This document shows, piece by piece, positions 58,640 to 64,000 of a stretch of DNA of 64,000 nucleotides (position 1 is the first letter of the stretch; every line of letters starts with the position of its first letter). The stretch comes from the human T2T-CHM13v2.0 reference genome, Homo sapiens. The stretch is from NCBI RefSeq assembly GCF_009914755.1, contig NC_060935.1; one strand, given 5' to 3'. A model generated the notes under the pieces. It worked only from the letters and a program-made list of their open reading frames with translations, made no database searches and was not told the origin of the DNA. Position numbers and translations under genes: made by a program.

Positions 58640-58756
58640 CCTTCTCCCTAGAGCGGGCCCACCTAGGGTGGTCCACCACCTTCTCCCTAGAGCAGGCCCA
58701 CCTAGGGTGGTCCACCACCTTCTCACTAGAGTAGGCCCACCTAGGGTGGTCCACCA
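58640..58756. repeat. Tandem repeat, 3 x 39 bp
   Basis: Unit cttctccctagagc(g/a)ggcccacctagggtggtccaccac starts at 58641, 58680 and 58719, with 1-3 differences between units. Confidence 0.97.
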
Positions 58757-59599
58757 TGGCTTGTGCCTCCCAGCTGAAAGGTGACAAACAAAAGGCTAAC
58801 CTGGAACTAGGAAGGGTCACTTATCTACTCATGAAAAAAAAAAAAAGAAGATATAGGTAAGAATAGGTTATTTGGAAGATTCAAATACAACCTCTCCACA
58901 TCTTCTTTGCATGCAGTGCAGCAATTGCCGGCCCTTTAGAGAGCTGCCCTCTGGCCCAGGTCTGCCCTGAGGTCAGTGACTTTACCTCTTGGACCTTCAG
59001 CTTTCTCTTCTGGAAAAAGATTATAAAAAGGTTACAGGAGCAACATTCCATCCTATTGCCCTCCTGTCCCATGGTGGAAAGCAGCCGGAGATTGTAGGAT
59101 CTGAGCACAAGCCTTGCTCTCCATCCACAGCTCCTGGTGCTGCCTTAAACGACAACAGCAGGTGCACATGGCAGGATCCTGGAAGCAGGGGCACGTGCAT
59201 CACCAGGAGGTCCTAGACCACAGCAGAGAGGCATGGGTGAGGGTAGCACCCAGCTCTGCCCCCCAGTGCGTGACCTGGGCACAGCTGAGCCAAACGCTTG
59301 ACTGCCATTTTCACAGCTGAGAGGTGCAGCTTGTCATCTGTACCTTGCTGTGTGGCCGCTGGGGCCCCAGGCTTGGGGATTAGCATATCAGCCAGGCACA
59401 TGGTGAATATTTAGTCAATGACAGCTGCTAGTATTATTATTTAATGTATTTGTATTAAATATCCTATTACATACTTATTAATACATTTATCAAAAATAAA
59501 TCTATTGAATTTATTATGCATTATTATTACTGTTATCGTGAACTAGCTTTACATTGTCCTACCTTTATAAACCTGGCCCCTGCAAATACTCTGCTTCCT

Positions 59600-60350
59600 G
59601 ACGCTTCTTCATTGCTGAAATAGTCCATGTGGAATCCATGCTGGGGCATCGGCGCCTCTCAGACTCAGCCCGAAGCCGCAGTGCCAGGCTGCATGCTAAT
59701 CAGGCGGTGGCTCCAGGAGAACGGGCCCAGGAAGGAGAGAGGATGGGGCCTGGAGGCGGCAGCCTGCCCTGGCAGCTTCTGGCTCCCAGAGATTGGTTTA
59801 TCACCAGGTTTCTGATGAATGTGTGAGAAACGGGACTGGCGATAAAGCAGCACGAGCCATAATTAAAGTAACAGCTCTTGTTTCTTAAACCCTGTTTATG
59901 TGGTGCTTGGCTTTCTAGGCAGTTTCCCCGTCTCCCACTTGAGGACCGCGAGTTTCCTCTCTCTGGAGATTGTGGATGAGGGGCTGCTGAGGGAGGAGGG
60001 TGCAGAGGGGCCAGCAGGAAGAGCGGTGGACGTGGCTGCAGGAAGCTGGCCCCTTGGTTCTTCATGAAAGTGTCAGGCAAAGCAAGTCCCTGGAGACCAA
60101 GCACCATATGGAAACTTTCTGGGAATGCGGCAGGGAGTTGCAAACACACCATGGAGCCCTGGAACTTTAGAAGACCGGAGAATGATCTGTCAGGACACCT
60201 GGCCCCACCCTCACTACACCCGCAGCAACGCAGGGAAAGCTGGGGGGGGGGCAGCAACAAGGGAAAGGGGGCCCCGTCATACATTCATGACTGAACCGCT
60301 CTCTGGCAGCCGTCTCTAACCTGGGTGGTACATTCACAGGTTATAAATTA
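59600..60350. promoter_or_regulatory. GC/CpG-enriched candidate regulatory island
   Basis: Locally frequent CpGs; ATGCTAAT at 59693, GATAAA at 59841, CCATAATTAAA ~59857; non-repeat. Confidence 0.35.
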
Positions 60351-62214
60351 ACGGAGGCTCCTCAACAGATTTGCCTCCCTAACAGGATTCCCACCCTCTC
60401 TGTTTCCTTCTCTCTTCCTGGCTCCCTCCTCTTCCTTTTCACTCTCCTTTTCCTTACTGCCCCCTCCCCAACTCCCAATTTGGCAAATATTCTACATACT
60501 CAGGCAGTCTGACACCTCGAACAAGCTCACAAATCAGAGATGTCTTCCGCCCCAGTCCTGGGAACCAGCAGTGCCCCGAGGGGCCAGGACGCCCTTCTGC
60601 CGGCTGAGAACCACATTCTGTGGAATTCTGGCTGATTTCCATCTGTCAGTGTCCAAGCGGGTCTGCGAGGGATCTAGGAGAGCCACAAGCAATGCTTAGA
60701 AAGTTGGTCGGATCCTCCAGGTACTTTTCCTAAAATCCCCAAACCTCTGAATGTGCCGGTCTGGGTTGATAGCTCTGCTGGACAAGACCCCCTGTTTTCA
60801 TTTTGACTCCATGTTTCTAGAACTGTGATTTAGGAGTGGAGGCCATTAAAGCCTTTGGAAAAATCACACATGTAAACACACACGTTTTACACGTATACAC
60901 ATGTATACTGCACTGAGTTTAGCTGTTTCCCAATTCTCCCCAATGGTGGATAAATTCCAAGAATGGATGACCCCAGAATGATTTATATTTGGCTTTGCTG
61001 TATGTTAGGCAATTAATGCACAGTGGCATGACCCTCCCATTTGGGCTTTGCTGGTGACAAATGAGTTTGCATTTCTTGAATACTAACCAGCTGGGTGGCG
61101 AGGTGGAGCTGCTTAGGGATAAGCTTTGCACAGATGAGCCGCCCCATGGGTGACCTGCGGGTGCCTCCGTCCTCTAGGATGGTTGGCCCCACACACGTAC
61201 CATAGCCCATTGCTTCTCTGCAGCCCAGACTGGAAAAGGGAGCTGTAAACTCTGAATCACACTACAATCTGAGAAAAATCCAGGTTTCTTTTTTTTTAAA
61301 CTAGAAGTACTAGACTGGTGAAGGCAGGAGGCTCCATGGCCCACTGGGAGAAGGTCATTCCTATGACTGCCCAGGTTGCCAGCTTACTATGTCTTCTCTT
61401 CCAACCATTAAAGTTCTTGTCATACCTGGGGTCTTTCACCCCAGGCCCTGAGGCCTAAGCCCCTGGGATCTGTGTACTCCTCTGAGGTATCCTGCGACCT
61501 GTGATTTTACAGAGCAGAGCACAAACTTGGATTGAAAGTCAATAAAGTATTGAATTCCACAGCGAACAGTCTTTTCTTTTGTCAGAATTCCAAATTGGGC
61601 CATTGTTAGCACAGACAGACAGGACTAGATACTCCCCTGAATGCACCAGAGCCATTCCCAAAGCTCGGTTCTGCAGGGCCATGTGGCAGGAATTATACCT
61701 AGCTTCATAGAAAAGGTCTGTGGTTGTCCCTTGGCTGTGCCCTGGAGCCGTGAGACCCCTCTCTGTCCTCCAAAGCCACAGCAGGGTAACCTGATACTTG
61801 CTAATGACCACCAGATGGCTGATGACCACAAGGGGGCATGGCCCTTTGAGCGCCCCTTCAGGGTAGAAGCTATCACTCTGCAGGAGTGTCAGGCAAAGCA
61901 GGATGTGTGTCTATGAGGAACCTACAAGCTTTTGCCCAAAGCCATCAGCCTTCAGCAGGGAGAAGAGCAGCATGTGAGCAGGTGCGTGATCTATTCTGGA
62001 TCCTCTCAGAGCCTGCCCGACCCTGACAGCCAAGGATTGTGCCCGTCGAAGGAGCCCACAAGATAAATCAAGGGGCAGAGAGAAGAAAACAGCAAAGAGG
62101 AGTGGGAAGACGGAGAAGGAGATGTTAACCGAGAGATGAGCGGAGGAATTCAAGCTACAAATGCAGCCCAGATTTATTGACTTCTTCTTAAGGGTCAGGC
62201 CTCGTGCAAAGTGC

Positions 62215-62340
62215 ATTTTATTTAATCCTTACCACAATCTTATTACAACAGGTGCTATTATTATCTCCATCTTAGAGCTAAGGAAACTTGGACTGTAAGC
62301 ATTTAAGTAACCTGATCTAAGATGCACAAACTTGCATAAG
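62215..62340 (-). mobile_element. MIR fragment
   Basis: 'tttaatccttaccacaatc...ctattattatctccatcttagagctaaggaaact'. Confidence 0.6.
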
Positions 62341-63499
62341 GCTTAAGCAGTTGTGGAGGTTTGGGAAAAGTGACAACTAAGGTCAGCTCTTGGAACTAAC
62401 CCCTCCCTGGGGTTGTGCAGGCTGTGTGCTAGCCCTTCCTCAGTTTCTCTTTGAAATGAGAATCATTCTGCTAATCTCTCTCCCTAGCATGTTATGCCGC
62501 ACAAGTTATATGTATTAATTTGCGGCATCACTAGCCTCTCAGTAATTATCTCCATGAATTCCCTCCTTTCCATTGAAATTAGGTAGCTGGGTATATCATG
62601 GTTCCAAATCACTACAGTTGTTGATAGAGCAAATAGAATCAAGTATATAACTACTATACTTGGAAAGGAGACAGCTTTTTTGAAATCAAAATCACAATTT
62701 TTTTCTCTTCTTTTAATTTATTTTTATTGTGTTGGAAATTTGCAGACTTATTCCTCACTCGGTCACACTTTCACAACTGCAAGGACAAGGGGAATGAAAT
62801 TACTGGCCTGCTTTCCAGCTCACTGCACACTCACTGACACACACGTGTGCACACATGTGCATACACGTACACACACTCACATGCAAACACACCATACAGG
62901 CTCCCAATCCAATCCTTAGTTTTCTGGCGTACAGGGACTCTGAAGAATTGCTTCAGTAGTTTGAGAATGATGAATGACAATGTTTTTAAAATATATATTT
63001 ACTGTTGGTAAAGGAAAGCTAAGGAAGGGAGAGAGTAGACGAGAAAAGAAGAGAATGTAAGAGGAACTAAAGACAAAAAGGTGGGGACAGATGGGCCAAG
63101 AGGGGTAAGAAGGAGAGGGATCCCAGGAGGAAATGAATTGTAACTCAGAGAAGCCCTTGCTCCTGACAATCATGCCCTTGCCTGTCTGCATTTCCACGGG
63201 AGATGAGTAAATTTCTCTCATTCCCATAACTCATCAGTAGTGGTCAGGAGGGAGCCCACCTCCCACCAGGAGGGCTCTGGACTTCATCAGCCCAGTTACC
63301 CTGCCTCCAGACATTGGTTTTACACAAACTAAAAAATTCAACTGCACTTCAGAACTCTATTATCTGGCCAAGTGGAGAGCTGGCCATGATGAAAGCTACC
63401 CCAGACATTCTGGTAGTGATTCTTCAAGGTAGAAACCTGCTCTGGCTATGTATCTGCTTATGTTCACAGCCCTGAGATACCTGAGTGTTGGACTAAACC

Positions 63500-63692
63500 A
63501 GTGTTACTCAAACTGCAGGCTGCAATCCATGAGAGGTTATTAAATAATTTAGTGGCCTCCACTTATGATTTTTAAAAAAATAAAATAGAATTACTGAAAT
63601 GCTCAACATATAGAAAGGATATTTTATGAACAGTTTATTTTGGTGGAGTGTGTGCTGTGTGGGTCACAGTCTAGACAGGCTAAAAGCCACAG
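63500..63692. mobile_element. hAT-Charlie-type MITE (family uncertain)
   Basis: Ends 'cagtgttactcaaactg' and 'aaaagccacag'; 'aatttagtgg', 'aaaatagaa' and 'gtgggtcacagtc' are typical of these MITEs. Confidence 0.5.
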
Positions 63693-64000
63693 GATTGAAT
63701 GACCTGGGAAGTTTCCAGAGAGTCTGTGACCTCTGAGTGAGCTGTTCCCCCAGCCACTTAAATCTTGAAAATATGGGCCAGGATGTCTTCTGATAACAAG
63801 CTCCCTCATGTTTCCTCTGTCTATGGGATTCTGTATTTAAGAAGATTCTAACACATCGTGGGCATCCGAAACGTTCCAAAACTTCTTGAGTCACCTCTTT
63901 GGACAGCTCCCGAAGAGTGCAGTGGGGGAAAGGGATGACGTAGGGTCAGTGTGAACTGATCTCACAGGAAGGGCATTTAGTACGGTGGCTTCCACACTGC

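Noticed and set aside
58512-58784. ORF with repeated LLPRAGPPRVVHH, or a CRISPR-like array
   Set aside because: The peptide repeat only reflects the 39-bp unit (13 codons) in a TTG-started ORF. There are no spacers, and the context is eukaryotic.

Overview
Primate (most likely human) non-coding genomic DNA, intergenic or deep intronic. No protein-coding host gene, tRNA, rRNA or CRISPR array can be supported. The only ORFs with recognisable homology are transposon remnants: a full-length but disabled L1PA on the minus strand (~29.7-35.85 kb), L2 and L3/CR1 reverse-transcriptase fossils, and a POGK-like Tc2/Kanga transposase fragment near 0.75-1.1 kb. The window also holds six Alus, MaLR and ERV1 solo LTRs, several hAT/Tigger MITEs, two piggyBac-derived MER85 MITEs in opposite orientation, microsatellites and a 3x39-bp tandem repeat. 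Several repeat-free islands are dense in homeodomain/POU/MEIS/AP-1 motifs and look like developmental enhancers. I could not identify the locus, and I find no solid evidence of a new biological system. The best leads are the MER85 pair, the GLI-like 39-bp repeat, a templated flank copy inside the Kanga element, the L1 antisense promoter/ORF0, and an Alu-derived splice donor downstream of TATA boxes. Repeat family names come from recalled consensus sequences, not from a database search, and the edges of old repeats are approximate.
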